Shown here: piece after piece, positions 47,893 to 58,445 of the stretch | Position numbering within the stretch: position 1 is the stretch's first letter | Layout of the letters: each line of letters begins with the position of its first letter | Source: Melioribacteraceae bacterium | GTDB lineage: Bacteria; Bacteroidota; Ignavibacteria; Ignavibacteriales; Melioribacteraceae | Reading direction: 5' to 3' | Length of the DNA stretch: 64,000 bases | NCBI GenBank assembly: GCA_041674625.1 | Contig: JBAYVI010000001.1 | Location: 11,421 to 75,420 of the forward strand | Translations under genes and position numbers: made by a program | The notes under the pieces: generated by a model | The model's database searches: none | The model's input: only the letters and a program-made list of their open reading frames with translations | What the model was told of the DNA's origin: nothing

Positions 47893-48236
47893 TCAGCTAC
47901 ATGGAGAGGATTGAGAAAAAGCCTAGATGTAGTACTTGCAGGAAATTGAAACAGCATCGGAACTCTCCTCCACCGTGTAGCGAATGTGTGCCAGAATTAT
48001 ATGAAAGTAACCGAGACGCAGCTAAGATTTGGAATCTAGTGCAAGATCAACGGATTTGGGTTGGTGGCGGGATGGGGGAACCAATTTCTGTAGCTCTTGA
48101 GCAAGCAGCGTTGTGGAAACTTTTAGATGAATTCAAAGTACAAGATAGAATAAAAACGTTTATTAAAGTCCTGAAAGTGTTTGAACATTTTCATGGAATA
48201 GAGATGAGGCAAAGAGCTATGAGGAATTCTAAGTAG
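47482..48236 (+). CDS. tail assembly chaperone G-T fusion (via -1 frameshift at 47883-47889)
   Basis: Frame arithmetic: 47482 is frame 1 and 47901 is frame 0. There is no stop in frame 0 between 47889 and 47901. The arrangement is conserved in siphoviruses. Confidence 0.6.
47883..47889 (+). promoter_or_regulatory. -1 programmed frameshift slippery heptamer
   Basis: A AAA AAC is in the zero frame immediately before stop 47890-47892. The -1 frame is open and continuous with ORF 47901..48236. Confidence 0.65.
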
Positions 48237-48258
48237 TGATTAAGTTTGGTGAGTTTCC

Positions 48259-51200
48259 ATGATTAAATTAGGTGAGATTTTTGTCTCTCTAAAGCTGGAC
48301 TATTCTCAGTATGCTTCTGATTTAAAAAAACAGGAGCAAGCGGCGCTGACTTCCGCCCAGAGGATTGAGAAAGCGAATGTTTCCTCTAATCAAAAAATTG
48401 TTCAATCGCAAGTTGATTCCGGCTCTAAACAACTATCGGCATACGATAAATTCATCGCAGATAAAGATAGATTAACTCAAAGGTCTGCTGCTGCTATGAT
48501 AGCGACTCAAGACAAAGCTGCCGCTGCAATAATGAGCAATAATGTAAGGCAAGATGCATTGTTGCGAAAGGTGTCAGACGATTATACTTCTTATGATGCC
48601 AAAGCTCAATATACCAGGACGCAGTTGGCACAAAAAGCTGCTGCTGCACAGCTACAAATAGATGAAAAACTAAATGCTTCTATTCTGGCTTCAAAAAAAG
48701 CATTAAATCAACAGAGATTAAAAGAAGAATCTGCCGCAGCAAAGGGAGACGAAACCAGCTTTTTTGCGAAAAACGTTGAGGCGTTAACAAAACGTATTCT
48801 AGTGACATCTGCCGCATTGACTATTTTTTATGGCTCTATGAGGGCTATTCGTGCTGAGTTTATGGCTGGATTGGCAGCAGTAGAAGACTATGAATTAAAA
48901 GTCGCATCAATGTCTGCTTTCTTGACTACCTTTAGTAAAAATCTCACAAAGACAAATGCATCTGAAGTCTATCGACAATCTAATGCCGAAGCGCAAAAAC
49001 TTGTCCAAACTATGGAAATATTGGACGCTAGGACTATTGCATCTGGTAAAGATTTAACCACAATGGCCGAGCAGTTTATTAAGGGCGGAATCAAGATTGA
49101 TACCCAAAATAAAGCCGCCATGGACGGATTTGTAAATATTGCTAACGCCTTAAAATTATTAACAAAGGGGCAGAACCAAGAAATCCAAATGCGCCAAGAA
49201 ATCAGGGCGCTGTCTCAAGGGCAAGTAAGAGACCAAAATATTCTTGTTCAGACATTGAAAGGGATTGATCCGCAAATTAAAGAACATATAAAACTGTGGA
49301 AACAACAAGGAACCGTTCTGGAAAATGTTGGCATTCTATTGAAGGGTTTCGGCCCTGCTGCAAAAGACTTAGGCAATACTTGGGCCGTTGTTGGTAGTAC
49401 GATGGAAACGATCCACAATAGAGTTTTAAGGGATGCTTTTAGACCGACCTACGAATCTCTAATCGAATCCGCCAAGGCATGGAATGCTATGTTGATGAAT
49501 GTAGACGGGACATTGACGAACTTTGCGAAAACACTAAGTTTTGTTATCGGGTTTATTTCAAAGTTCGTGGAGAATTTTGTCACAATGGTTGCTATAATTA
49601 CCCCAATAGCTGCAATAGTTGGTCTTATTGCAGCGGCATTCGGAGTGTTGAACTTTGCGATAAGTGCCTTGACTATAACTATGTTGGCGAATCCGTTGAC
49701 TGCTGGTTTGGTTGTGGTGACAATGGCATTAACCGCTAAAACCGTATATGATTTGGCAAAATCACAAGATTCCCTTAATGATAAAACAAAAGAGCTTACG
49801 AATTCAACTTATGGATTAAACCAAGAAATAAATAAAACTGGATCGTCTAGTAAAAATAATGGACTGCTTGCCTTCTTGGATGAAGCGACAAAGAAGGCAA
49901 GCACATTATACACTGAACTAAATAAATTGAAAGGCATAGACGTTAGAGGAATTGGAGGTATGGATAAACCACAAGTACCTCTCATAAGTAGAGACGTAAG
50001 TTTGACTTCTGGCACACAAACTGCTCAATTGGCAACAGCTAGGGGCGAAGTGGATAAAGAAGAATTAGACAATGGTATAGAATCACTCAAAAAATTAAAG
50101 TTGCAATTATCAGACCAAAATGCGCTATATGAGAAAAATAATGAATCCTCAATGAAATATAGGTTGTCGCTTGGGGATTTAGCAAAAACAATTAGGGATT
50201 TAGAATCTACGGGGCAAAAAACTACGGCTGATGCATGGAAACGTTCTCTTTTAATGGAGGCAAGGACTAAAGATGAATTAGAAGCAAGAACTAAAGCCAA
50301 TAAAGACGCAGTTTCTGCCCAAGAAAAAGCAGACCGAGATAGAATACAATCATTAGAAAGGTATGAAGATTTAAAAAGAAGTCTTTACAAAGAAGAAAAA
50401 GATAGATTAGAAAAATCTTCCAAAACAGCAGACGATTATTTCGGTAAGCTTCAGAATAAATTAGAATCGCTAGAAGCATCACCAGGAGAGACCGAACAAT
50501 TATTAAATTGGGAAGATAAATTTACGGAAGCAATGTTTGCTGCTGGTAATTCTGTTTCAATAACTTCGGAAGAGCTTGATAAATTATATGAAAAAATGGC
50601 AAAATTTGATGAAACGATGGGCAAAACAAAAGCAAAGTTAGGCCAAAAAGAAGTAAAAGATTCAAATATCAGAACAGATAAATTAATGGAGCAAATCTTT
50701 CCTAATCAAAAGAGAGAATTAAAGGGAGAGACATTAAAAGATAAATTAGATAAAGAAAAAGCGTTATGGAACACATATACTGAAGAGCAAAAGAAACTCT
50801 CTGAAATGACGGAAGAAGATTGGACAAAAGCATATGATGGTATAGCTGCTCAACAAGATACTTTTTTTAATGGAGCAAGAGATGGATTCGATAAATATGC
50901 AACAAACACAACTTCTGCTTTTAAAACTGCGTCAGATTCTGTTCAACGAGCCTTTAAGGGTATGGAAGACGCATTAGTCGAATTTGTAAAAACTGGTAAA
51001 ATTAGCTTTACCGATATGGTTGATAGTATGGTGAATGATCTAATTAGATATCAAGTTCAACAAAGCATTACTACCCCATTAGCAGAAGGTTCTAGTTCGT
51101 TGTTAGGATTGGCAGGAGCCGCGATAGCTAGTTATTTCGGGGGGGGCGGAGGTGGCACGCCAGAAGCATTTTCCCAAGTAAGTTCCTATGATTCGATGGT

Positions 51201-51630
51201 CGGCACTTCACAACCATTTTCTATGGGATCAGCAAATGGCAATATCTTCAACCAAAGTGGATTCCAAAAATTCGCTAATGGAGGAGCATTTACTAATTCA
51301 GTGGTCTCTAAGCCTACCATTTTCCCATTCGCCAATGGAGTAGGCTTAATGGGCGAAGCTGGTCCAGAAGCGATTATGCCACTAAAGAGAACCTCCAGTG
51401 GGGCGTTAGGTGTAGTCTCTGAAGGTGGTGGAGCTGTTACAAATGTAATTATAAATAATAATACCTCTGCAACAGCAACCACTTCTGAAACACAGAATTC
51501 TTCCGGGGGAAAAGATATAACAGTAATGATTGATGAAGTAGTTGGCAACTTGATAATGTCTGGAAGGGGTAAGACTAATAAAGCTATGCGCTCTACATTT
51601 GGCGCTAATCCGATATTGGCTGGGAGATAA
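48259..51630 (+). CDS. tape measure protein
   Basis: 1123 aa with an Ala/Gln/Lys-rich coiled-coil, central hydrophobic segments and a Gly-rich C-terminus, located after the chaperones. Confidence 0.9.
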   Translation: MIKLGEIFVSLKLDYSQYASDLKKQEQAALTSAQRIEKANVSSNQKIVQSQVDSGSKQLSAYDKFIADKDRLTQRSAAAMIATQDKAAAAIMSNNVRQDALLRKVSDDYTSYDAKAQYTRTQLAQKAAAAQLQIDEKLNASILASKKALNQQRLKEESAAAKGDETSFFAKNVEALTKRILVTSAALTIFYGSMRAIRAEFMAGLAAVEDYELKVASMSAFLTTFSKNLTKTNASEVYRQSNAEAQKLVQTMEILDARTIASGKDLTTMAEQFIKGGIKIDTQNKAAMDGFVNIANALKLLTKGQNQEIQMRQEIRALSQGQVRDQNILVQTLKGIDPQIKEHIKLWKQQGTVLENVGILLKGFGPAAKDLGNTWAVVGSTMETIHNRVLRDAFRPTYESLIESAKAWNAMLMNVDGTLTNFAKTLSFVIGFISKFVENFVTMVAIITPIAAIVGLIAAAFGVLNFAISALTITMLANPLTAGLVVVTMALTAKTVYDLAKSQDSLNDKTKELTNSTYGLNQEINKTGSSSKNNGLLAFLDEATKKASTLYTELNKLKGIDVRGIGGMDKPQVPLISRDVSLTSGTQTAQLATARGEVDKEELDNGIESLKKLKLQLSDQNALYEKNNESSMKYRLSLGDLAKTIRDLESTGQKTTADAWKRSLLMEARTKDELEARTKANKDAVSAQEKADRDRIQSLERYEDLKRSLYKEEKDRLEKSSKTADDYFGKLQNKLESLEASPGETEQLLNWEDKFTEAMFAAGNSVSITSEELDKLYEKMAKFDETMGKTKAKLGQKEVKDSNIRTDKLMEQIFPNQKRELKGETLKDKLDKEKALWNTYTEEQKKLSEMTEEDWTKAYDGIAAQQDTFFNGARDGFDKYATNTTSAFKTASDSVQRAFKGMEDALVEFVKTGKISFTDMVDSMVNDLIRYQVQQSITTPLAEGSSSLLGLAGAAIASYFGGGGGGTPEAFSQVSSYDSMVGTSQPFSMGSANGNIFNQSGFQKFANGGAFTNSVVSKPTIFPFANGVGLMGEAGPEAIMPLKRTSSGALGVVSEGGGAVTNVIINNNTSATATTSETQNSSGGKDITVMIDEVVGNLIMSGRGKTNKAMRSTFGANPILAGR

Positions 51631-51633
51631 AAT

Positions 51634-51981
51634 ATGGCTACTTGGCCTGCAACATTACCACAATTACCTTTAGAAGCAGGGTATTCTGAGAGCACAATAG
51701 ATACGTCCATTAGAACATCTATGGACGTTGGCCCAGCTAAAGTTAGGCGTAGGATTTCTGCCGGGACTAGAGATCACCAAATGCAATTTATCATGACATC
51801 TGCCCAATTGTCAGATTTTAAAACATTCTACGAAACTACCTTATTATCTGGCTCATTATCTTATACTTGGGATCATCCAAGATCAGGGACAAATTATTCA
51901 TGGAGGATAAAAAAAGCGCCTCAATGGTCTAAACAAGGAGCGTATTATATTGTTCCTCTTGAATTAGAGCAGATACCATGA
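51634..51981 (+). CDS. minor tail protein (lambda M-position)
   Basis: 115 aa. Gene order and the WPATLPQLP...VGPAKVRRR pattern. Confidence 0.55.
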   Translation: MATWPATLPQLPLEAGYSESTIDTSIRTSMDVGPAKVRRRISAGTRDHQMQFIMTSAQLSDFKTFYETTLLSGSLSYTWDHPRSGTNYSWRIKKAPQWSKQGAYYIVPLELEQIP

Positions 51982-52484
51982 GTCGTTCTACATCTGCTAC
52001 GTTTAGGGACGCTGTATATCGCCCAGAGACTGGTGAGGTTTATGTTTTATTATTAACTGTTAATCACGATGATTTAACAACGCCGATTAGAGTTTCTACT
52101 GATAATAATGATACATTTACTGTAGATAGCACAACGGTAAGGGGTACTATATCAAATGGAAATAATTTTATTTATCTTCCAATGGAGATAACATTGCCTG
52201 ATGATAGTGATGAGTCTATATCACAGGCAAAAATATCTATAGATAATATAGATAGAGATATTTTAAGAAGTATAAGGTCACTTGAATCTCCTCCTACTGT
52301 TTCAATTCAGGTTGTGTTGGCATCTTCTCCAAATACATACGAAGCTCAATTCAATAACTTTGTTTTGAGAGACGTAACTGCTGATTCTTTAGTAATAAGC
52401 GGAACCCTATCATTGAGTAATTTTCTTAATGAGCCTTTTCCAGGTGGGACAATACTTCCATCAAACTTTCCTGGTATTTTCTAA
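51978..52484 (+). CDS. minor tail protein (lambda L-position; DUF1833-like)
   Basis: 168 aa. EVYVLLLTVNHDDLTTPIRVSTDN pattern and gene order. Confidence 0.55.
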   Translation: MSRSTSATFRDAVYRPETGEVYVLLLTVNHDDLTTPIRVSTDNNDTFTVDSTTVRGTISNGNNFIYLPMEITLPDDSDESISQAKISIDNIDRDILRSIRSLESPPTVSIQVVLASSPNTYEAQFNNFVLRDVTADSLVISGTLSLSNFLNEPFPGGTILPSNFPGIF

Positions 52485-52882
52485 TGATTGAAATAGATGT
52501 TAGCGAATATTGTGATGTGCCATTTTTAGAGAAAGGTCGGTCTATAGAAGGTTGGGATTGTTGGGGGCCTGCATATATCATTTATAAAAACAGACTAGGG
52601 ATAGAGCTTCCTTTATATACAGATAGATATAAAAACACTGAAGATGAGAAAGAACTTGGGCGTTTAATAGGAAAAGAAAAATTGATGTGGGAGGAGGTTG
52701 ATAACCCCGAGCCATATGATTTAGTTAATTTGAGACTAAAGAACCAGCCAATGCACGTTGGTGTTTGTATTGGGAATGGTAAATTTTTGCACTGTATGGA
52801 AAACGTAGGAACAACGGTAGAGAAATTAAAATCATTAACTTGGAGAGACAGAATAATTGGATTCTATCGTTACTCAAAATAA
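52484..52882 (+). CDS. NlpC/P60-family tail tip protein (lambda K-position)
   Basis: GWDCWGP (catalytic Cys context) and a downstream MHVGVCIG...H, plus gene order. Confidence 0.65.
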   Translation: MIEIDVSEYCDVPFLEKGRSIEGWDCWGPAYIIYKNRLGIELPLYTDRYKNTEDEKELGRLIGKEKLMWEEVDNPEPYDLVNLRLKNQPMHVGVCIGNGKFLHCMENVGTTVEKLKSLTWRDRIIGFYRYSK

Positions 52883-55800
52883 AGTATCCGTAATTGCGTG
52901 TAAAAATCCGCTTACTATGCAAAAAACTGATTACGTTTTTTGCGAAGGGTTGACTATTGCCCAAATGCTGGAAGTAGTCAATATCCCATATTATGTTAGT
53001 GTATTGGTTTCTATTGACGGAGTTCCCGCCCCAGCAGATCAGTATAAACATATTATCCCGGCAAAAGGTTCTTTGGTTACAATGAGGACTGTTCCTACTG
53101 GTGGCGGTGGGAGTAAAAGCCCATTGAGAACGATTTTAACTATTGTTGTTATTGCCTTGGCGACTATAACCCAACAACATTGGGTCACTGCTGGATATAT
53201 AGGTGGTGCTGCCGGGGCCTACGTCGCTGCCGGGGTCGTGATGACGGTAGGCATGTTGATAGTCAACGCCATCGCACCTCCCCCAATTCCTTCATCTCTT
53301 TCAGGTTCTCAACAAACATATAAAGATTCTCCTTCTTATGCTTTGTCTGGTGCAAGAAATACAATATCTCCATATGGTGTAATCCCTATGTTATTAGGGA
53401 GACATAGAATTACACCCCCATATGGTGCATTGCCATATACAGAAAATTTAGGAGATGATCAGTTTCTAAGATGCCTATTTTGTAACGGATATGGGAGGCT
53501 AGTATATTCAGATCATAAACTTGGTGAGACACCAATAGCCTCATTTTCCGATGTGGAGATAGAAACAAGAGATGGTAGCGACAGCACGAACACATCATTG
53601 TATCCAGGCGATGTTTTTCAGCAGGATTTAGCAGTTACATTGGTACAATCAGAAAGTTGGAGCGTAAGGACAACGCAGCCGGATACAACGAGAATATCAG
53701 TTGACGTAACCTATCCTAGGGGTTTAGTGAGTTTTAATGATGATGGTTCAAGAGCAACTGTTACATCTCAGCTAGAATTTCAATATGCAGTCAAAGATTC
53801 AGGAGTATGGCATGGTAGCGTTAGTGGTGTGTCGTTCGTAAGCCGTAATATATCTGGGTCTTATTATACAGATCCATTACAAGAAAGGAAAGATATCCTT
53901 ATAATGGATAAAATATCTGGGACGTTATCCATTATAAGTGGTCAGGTAGGGTATCCTGGTTCGTATTGGCCAGCTTTGTCGCCAACAATACCAAGCTGGG
54001 CCGAAGGACTTGCAAGCTGGGATGTTGGCGAGTCGGCTATTTCCGCATTTACAGATATAAGAAAGACATCATTTGTAACTGCGGGGTATTTTGTCCCATC
54101 TCATATTTCTGGATTAGCTTTTTCTGTAGGAGCTGGTGTTTTAGTTTCCGATTTCTTTAATATCTCTGGAGCAACAACATCAATTATAAGGAGAACTCTG
54201 TCTATCCCAGTTTCGGCTGGACAATATGATGTAAGGATGAGAAGGGTTTCTGCCGACACAAGTTCCGATAGGATTTTGGATGATGTTCAATGGACAGCTC
54301 TAAGATCATTTCAAACTGGTAGTCCGATTCTAGAACAAAATATGGCTAGGACCGCTTTAAGGATAAGGGCTACTGATCAATTAAATGGAGCTATTGATAA
54401 TTATAATTGCATAGCACAGTTGATTTGCCCTGATTATGATGTGACCACAGATACATGGATAACTCGCCCAACATCAAACCCTGCATCTTTATATAGATAT
54501 GTATTGCAAGGTCCAGCAAATAAGAGACCATTGGTGGATTCCGAAGTTGATCTGGACATATTGGCGGAATGGCATGGTGTTTGCGAAAGCAATGGATTTT
54601 CTTTCAATCACTATTTCGATTATAGGACAAGTGTTGATGCCGTTTTGCAAATGGTTGCTGCCGCCGGAAGAGCCGCTCCTGGCTATGTGGACGGGAAATA
54701 TGCTGTAGTAATGGATAGGATACAATCAAATATTGCACAACATTTTACCCCTAGGAACTCTTGGGGGTATTCTTATAATAAAGCATTTTTAGACAGACCG
54801 CACGCTTTTAGAGTCAAATTTTGGAACAAAGACGCTGATTGGAGAGAAGACGAAAGAATAGTTTATGATGATGGATATTCTGAGGCTAATGCTACTTTAT
54901 TTGAAGAAATGTCTCTGCCTGGAATAAATACTTCCGCATTAGCTTGGAAACACGGTAGATATCATATAGCCACTGCTAGGCTTAGACCAGAAAGACATAC
55001 ATTTAATTCTGATTTCGAATATCTTACATGTACTAGGGGAGACAGAATAAAATTTACAAATGATGTTATTTCTGTCGGTCTGGGTTACGGGAGAGTAAAA
55101 AGCTATACTGATGATGGGACGAATGTAACTACCGTCACGGTTGATGAAGAATTATCAATGGAATCTGGGAAAACATACCAATTCAGAATAAGACAACATG
55201 ATGGTGATTCATTAGAAATACCATTAGTCACTTCAGTCGGAACAAGTGATACATTCACTGTTAATATGACCCTCCCGATTGCAAATGCTCCTGATATAGG
55301 AGCCATTATGATGTATGGAGAAACGGAATCAGAATCAATTGATCTTATAGTAAAAGATATATCTCCCCAATCAGATTATACTGCTCAATTAACGTGTTTG
55401 TCTTATGCACCAGAAGTTCATAGTTCAGATACTGGGACTATTCCTTCATTTTCTACGAATATAACTATCCCAGTAGACAGGGCATCTGTTTATATTCCTC
55501 AATTCACATTAAGGTCAGATGAATCTACACTAATAATTATCGGGAATACTTTCGTTCCGAGGATAGTGGCGACATTTCAGAGTCAAGTAGTTCCACCTGG
55601 ACTTATAGACAGTATAGAAGTCCAGTATAGATTGAAGGGAACTCAAAACCCTTGTATTTCTGTATTTTCTATAAATAATGATATTTCTCTTGAAGACGAA
55701 ATATTCCAGGGGAAAACTTATACTATCCAAGCTAGATATCATATAGACGGGAAGGCTGGACTTTGGAGTCCATGCCAAACACATACGGTTGTGGGGTTGT

Positions 55801-56867
55801 CCACAAATCCATCAGATGTTGAAAATTTTAATGTAAATATTTTAGGGCAAACTGCTTATTTGTCTTGGGATGCGGTGACAGACTCTGATTTGTCGCATTA
55901 TATTATAAAATTTTCAACCGCTGTGGCTGGCGCTACTTGGGGTAGTTCAGTTTCTTTGGTTGAAAAAATAGGAAAACCAAACACAAGTATTTCTGTCCCT
56001 GCAATGACTGGGAGTTATTTAATTAAGGCTGTCGATTTTTCTACTCCAGCTATAGAAAGTATTAACGCTACGGTTATTTCTACAACTGTTCCAGGATTGG
56101 AAAATTTAAATGTGGTTAGTACACTTACAGAACACTCTTCATTTTTAGGTACAAAAACTAATTGTGAAGTTGTAGGATCAAACTTAAGATTATCATCTGT
56201 AGATACATTATCTGATTGGACAACACTATCTTCGGTTAGAAATTTGTATTTTGGAGTAAATGGGATTAATACTTCAGGAATGTACGAGTTTTATAACTCA
56301 CAAGACTTAGGAGACGTTTATTCTAGTAGATTATCAGCAACAATGTTAGTAAGTGGAAATAATATAGCAAATTTTATGTCTGGTTGGCTAGCTCTTTCTT
56401 CTGTCGAGAGTTTGTCTGGGACAGATCCTTCAATGTGGGCTGCTTATTTAGAATTGAGGACTACTAATGATGACCCATCCGCCACTCCTACGTGGAGTGG
56501 GTGGCAACCATTTATAGTAGGAGACTATTTAGCTAGGGCGTATGAATTTAGGTTGAATTTAATTTCTACGTCTTCATCAATAACGCCAGACGTGTCATCA
56601 TTATCGGTCAGAATAGATATGCCAGACAGGGTATATGGAGATGATGATGTTGTTTGTCTGAACACTGGACTTTCTGTATTATTCTCTCCGGCATTTAAAG
56701 AAAAACCAGCCATCGCTGTTTCTGGGCAAAATATGGGAACAGGTGATTATTATGTTATATCAAATCAGTCTGCTTCTGGATTTGATATAACTTTTTATAA
56801 TTCTTCGGCAGTTGGGATAGAAAAAACATTTGATTTTGTTGCTAAGGGTTTTGGGTACGTTAATTAA
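52857..56867 (+). CDS. central tail fibre / host-specificity protein (lambda I-J-like fusion)
   Basis: 1336 aa. The N-terminal about 130 aa carries a GGGGSKSP motif plus hydrophobic segments (I-like); the remainder is J-like and large, with FN3-type regions. The start is uncertain (TTG 52857 or a downstream ATG). Confidence 0.75.
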   Translation: MDSIVTQNKVSVIACKNPLTMQKTDYVFCEGLTIAQMLEVVNIPYYVSVLVSIDGVPAPADQYKHIIPAKGSLVTMRTVPTGGGGSKSPLRTILTIVVIALATITQQHWVTAGYIGGAAGAYVAAGVVMTVGMLIVNAIAPPPIPSSLSGSQQTYKDSPSYALSGARNTISPYGVIPMLLGRHRITPPYGALPYTENLGDDQFLRCLFCNGYGRLVYSDHKLGETPIASFSDVEIETRDGSDSTNTSLYPGDVFQQDLAVTLVQSESWSVRTTQPDTTRISVDVTYPRGLVSFNDDGSRATVTSQLEFQYAVKDSGVWHGSVSGVSFVSRNISGSYYTDPLQERKDILIMDKISGTLSIISGQVGYPGSYWPALSPTIPSWAEGLASWDVGESAISAFTDIRKTSFVTAGYFVPSHISGLAFSVGAGVLVSDFFNISGATTSIIRRTLSIPVSAGQYDVRMRRVSADTSSDRILDDVQWTALRSFQTGSPILEQNMARTALRIRATDQLNGAIDNYNCIAQLICPDYDVTTDTWITRPTSNPASLYRYVLQGPANKRPLVDSEVDLDILAEWHGVCESNGFSFNHYFDYRTSVDAVLQMVAAAGRAAPGYVDGKYAVVMDRIQSNIAQHFTPRNSWGYSYNKAFLDRPHAFRVKFWNKDADWREDERIVYDDGYSEANATLFEEMSLPGINTSALAWKHGRYHIATARLRPERHTFNSDFEYLTCTRGDRIKFTNDVISVGLGYGRVKSYTDDGTNVTTVTVDEELSMESGKTYQFRIRQHDGDSLEIPLVTSVGTSDTFTVNMTLPIANAPDIGAIMMYGETESESIDLIVKDISPQSDYTAQLTCLSYAPEVHSSDTGTIPSFSTNITIPVDRASVYIPQFTLRSDESTLIIIGNTFVPRIVATFQSQVVPPGLIDSIEVQYRLKGTQNPCISVFSINNDISLEDEIFQGKTYTIQARYHIDGKAGLWSPCQTHTVVGLSTNPSDVENFNVNILGQTAYLSWDAVTDSDLSHYIIKFSTAVAGATWGSSVSLVEKIGKPNTSISVPAMTGSYLIKAVDFSTPAIESINATVISTTVPGLENLNVVSTLTEHSSFLGTKTNCEVVGSNLRLSSVDTLSDWTTLSSVRNLYFGVNGINTSGMYEFYNSQDLGDVYSSRLSATMLVSGNNIANFMSGWLALSSVESLSGTDPSMWAAYLELRTTNDDPSATPTWSGWQPFIVGDYLARAYEFRLNLISTSSSITPDVSSLSVRIDMPDRVYGDDDVVCLNTGLSVLFSPAFKEKPAIAVSGQNMGTGDYYVISNQSASGFDITFYNSSAVGIEKTFDFVAKGFGYVN

Positions 56868-56879
56868 AGGAGGTTTTGA

Positions 56880-57779
56880 ATGAGTCAATTCACACATGGG
56901 GTAATCAATCCAGATACAGAGACTGGGACCCAATTAGCACTTGATTTAGCAAGTGAAGAGTCGTCGCAAAATACAAATCATAGTGGTGCTTCTAGGCCAT
57001 CTTATGCTGTAACAGGTATGATTTGGATTAAGACAGTTTCGGGAACGCTGCATGAAATATACTATTTTGATGGGACTGATGATATACTTGTTGGGTCAAT
57101 AAATCCTACGACTAATACGTGGGGGCAAACATTTACAGGCCTCGTTAATTTAGCTGCTGGGGCAGACATAGCCTCCGCTGCCACTATTGACCTCACGGCT
57201 GCCACCGGCAACTCCCCACGGATCACCGGGACAACGCCTACAAGTGCCGTGACAATGAACACCGGCCAACAGATGGTTGTCGTGGCCGATGGAGCATGGC
57301 CATTGACTTATCATGCGACAATGAATAAACTTAACACCGGGTCGGATTACACTTGCACCGCTGGCGATATAATTTCTTACTCAAAGGATTTATCCGGCGT
57401 TATTCACGGGATAATTCATAGGGTGACGTGGGCCGAAAGCATTCACTTCACGCGAGACTTAGCGGCGGCATCGGGAAATGTTAGTTATACCGGTTTTACT
57501 TTTACTCCGAAAAGTATACTAATCACAGGAATCAAAGCTGGGGCCACACTAAGCTCTAGGGGTATTGGCAAGGTTGGGACTAATTATTGCGATTACCACG
57601 ACGGAACAAATTGGTGGTCAGGAACAAATTATGCCGTAATAGTATCTACCGACAGCGGAGTTACTAATGCCCAAGCTGGTGTTGTGGCGTCTAGTAGCCC
57701 AGGAGAAGTGACTATTGCCTGGACCAAATCTGGTACGCCGACCGGCACAATAAATTTGCAAATAACTGCATTTGCATAA
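56880..57779 (+). CDS. putative tail fibre / receptor-binding protein
   Basis: It follows the J-like gene with an AGGAGG SD. It is Gly/Thr/Ala-rich and lies in a locally G+C-rich segment. Confidence 0.45.
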   Translation: MSQFTHGVINPDTETGTQLALDLASEESSQNTNHSGASRPSYAVTGMIWIKTVSGTLHEIYYFDGTDDILVGSINPTTNTWGQTFTGLVNLAAGADIASAATIDLTAATGNSPRITGTTPTSAVTMNTGQQMVVVADGAWPLTYHATMNKLNTGSDYTCTAGDIISYSKDLSGVIHGIIHRVTWAESIHFTRDLAAASGNVSYTGFTFTPKSILITGIKAGATLSSRGIGKVGTNYCDYHDGTNWWSGTNYAVIVSTDSGVTNAQAGVVASSSPGEVTIAWTKSGTPTGTINLQITAFA

Positions 57780-57791
57780 TAGGGGGAACAC

Positions 57792-58334
57792 GTGAAAATA
57801 TATCGGAGAACCTCAGATGGACTGGAAATTCAGGATGCACTTGACCGCGACTTGGCGTGGGTTACGCTGACGTATGGGGTGGGGTTTGTAGAAATTATCC
57901 CTCCAACCCCCACGGCGGCGGAACTATGCTCTACTGCTTGTTTATCAAGATGCAAAGAAGTAGACATGCTTTACTCCTCTAAGATATTCACGGATGTCGC
58001 GGTGACATTTCCGGCTGGTGATAAAGTAATCCAGTTCCGGGATAATACCGACAGATCAAACTTGGAGAGTGTCTGCGCCGGTGCCACTGCTCTTGTTGCG
58101 TTGGGTCAAGGTGAAACGCAAATGGTATATCGCACCATTGATGATGTGAATCAGGCTGTAACAGCGGCGCAAATGGCCGCTATAGGGCTTTCGGTGTTGT
58201 CTATGAAACAGGCCATTACAAATCAGCGGTGGGCGCACAAAGATGCGATATGTGCGATTTATGAGGACTTGCTAAAGTCTGATGAGCAGAAATTAATCGA
58301 CCTTGCTGGATATGATATTCAGGTTGGATGGTAA
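57792..58334 (+). CDS. hypothetical protein (fibre-associated/assembly candidate)
   Basis: Track ORF (GTG start) directly after the fibre candidate, in the same G+C-rich segment. Confidence 0.4.
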   Translation: MKIYRRTSDGLEIQDALDRDLAWVTLTYGVGFVEIIPPTPTAAELCSTACLSRCKEVDMLYSSKIFTDVAVTFPAGDKVIQFRDNTDRSNLESVCAGATALVALGQGETQMVYRTIDDVNQAVTAAQMAAIGLSVLSMKQAITNQRWAHKDAICAIYEDLLKSDEQKLIDLAGYDIQVGW

Positions 58335-58357
58335 ACTCATAACAAAAGGAGGAAGTC

Positions 58358-58441
58358 ATGCCTGGATCACCAAAGCCGAAAGGCAAGCCGCAGAGCAGAG
58401 ACCCGAGGACAAGGCGTTCCAATAGACGTTCTGCAAATTAA
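58358..58441 (+). CDS. very basic small peptide (27 aa)
   Basis: Hand-translated MPGSPKPKGKPQSRDPRTRRSNRRSAN. AAGGAGG SD 5 nt upstream. Confidence 0.3.
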   Translation: MPGSPKPKGKPQSRDPRTRRSNRRSAN

Positions 58442-58445
58442 TCTT

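Noticed and set aside
51186-51710. 174-aa minus-strand ORF, plus other ORFs within the tape measure gene (49479..49739, 49809..50482)
   Set aside because: They are embedded in or antisense to the 1123-aa tape measure ORF, and there is no independent support for them.
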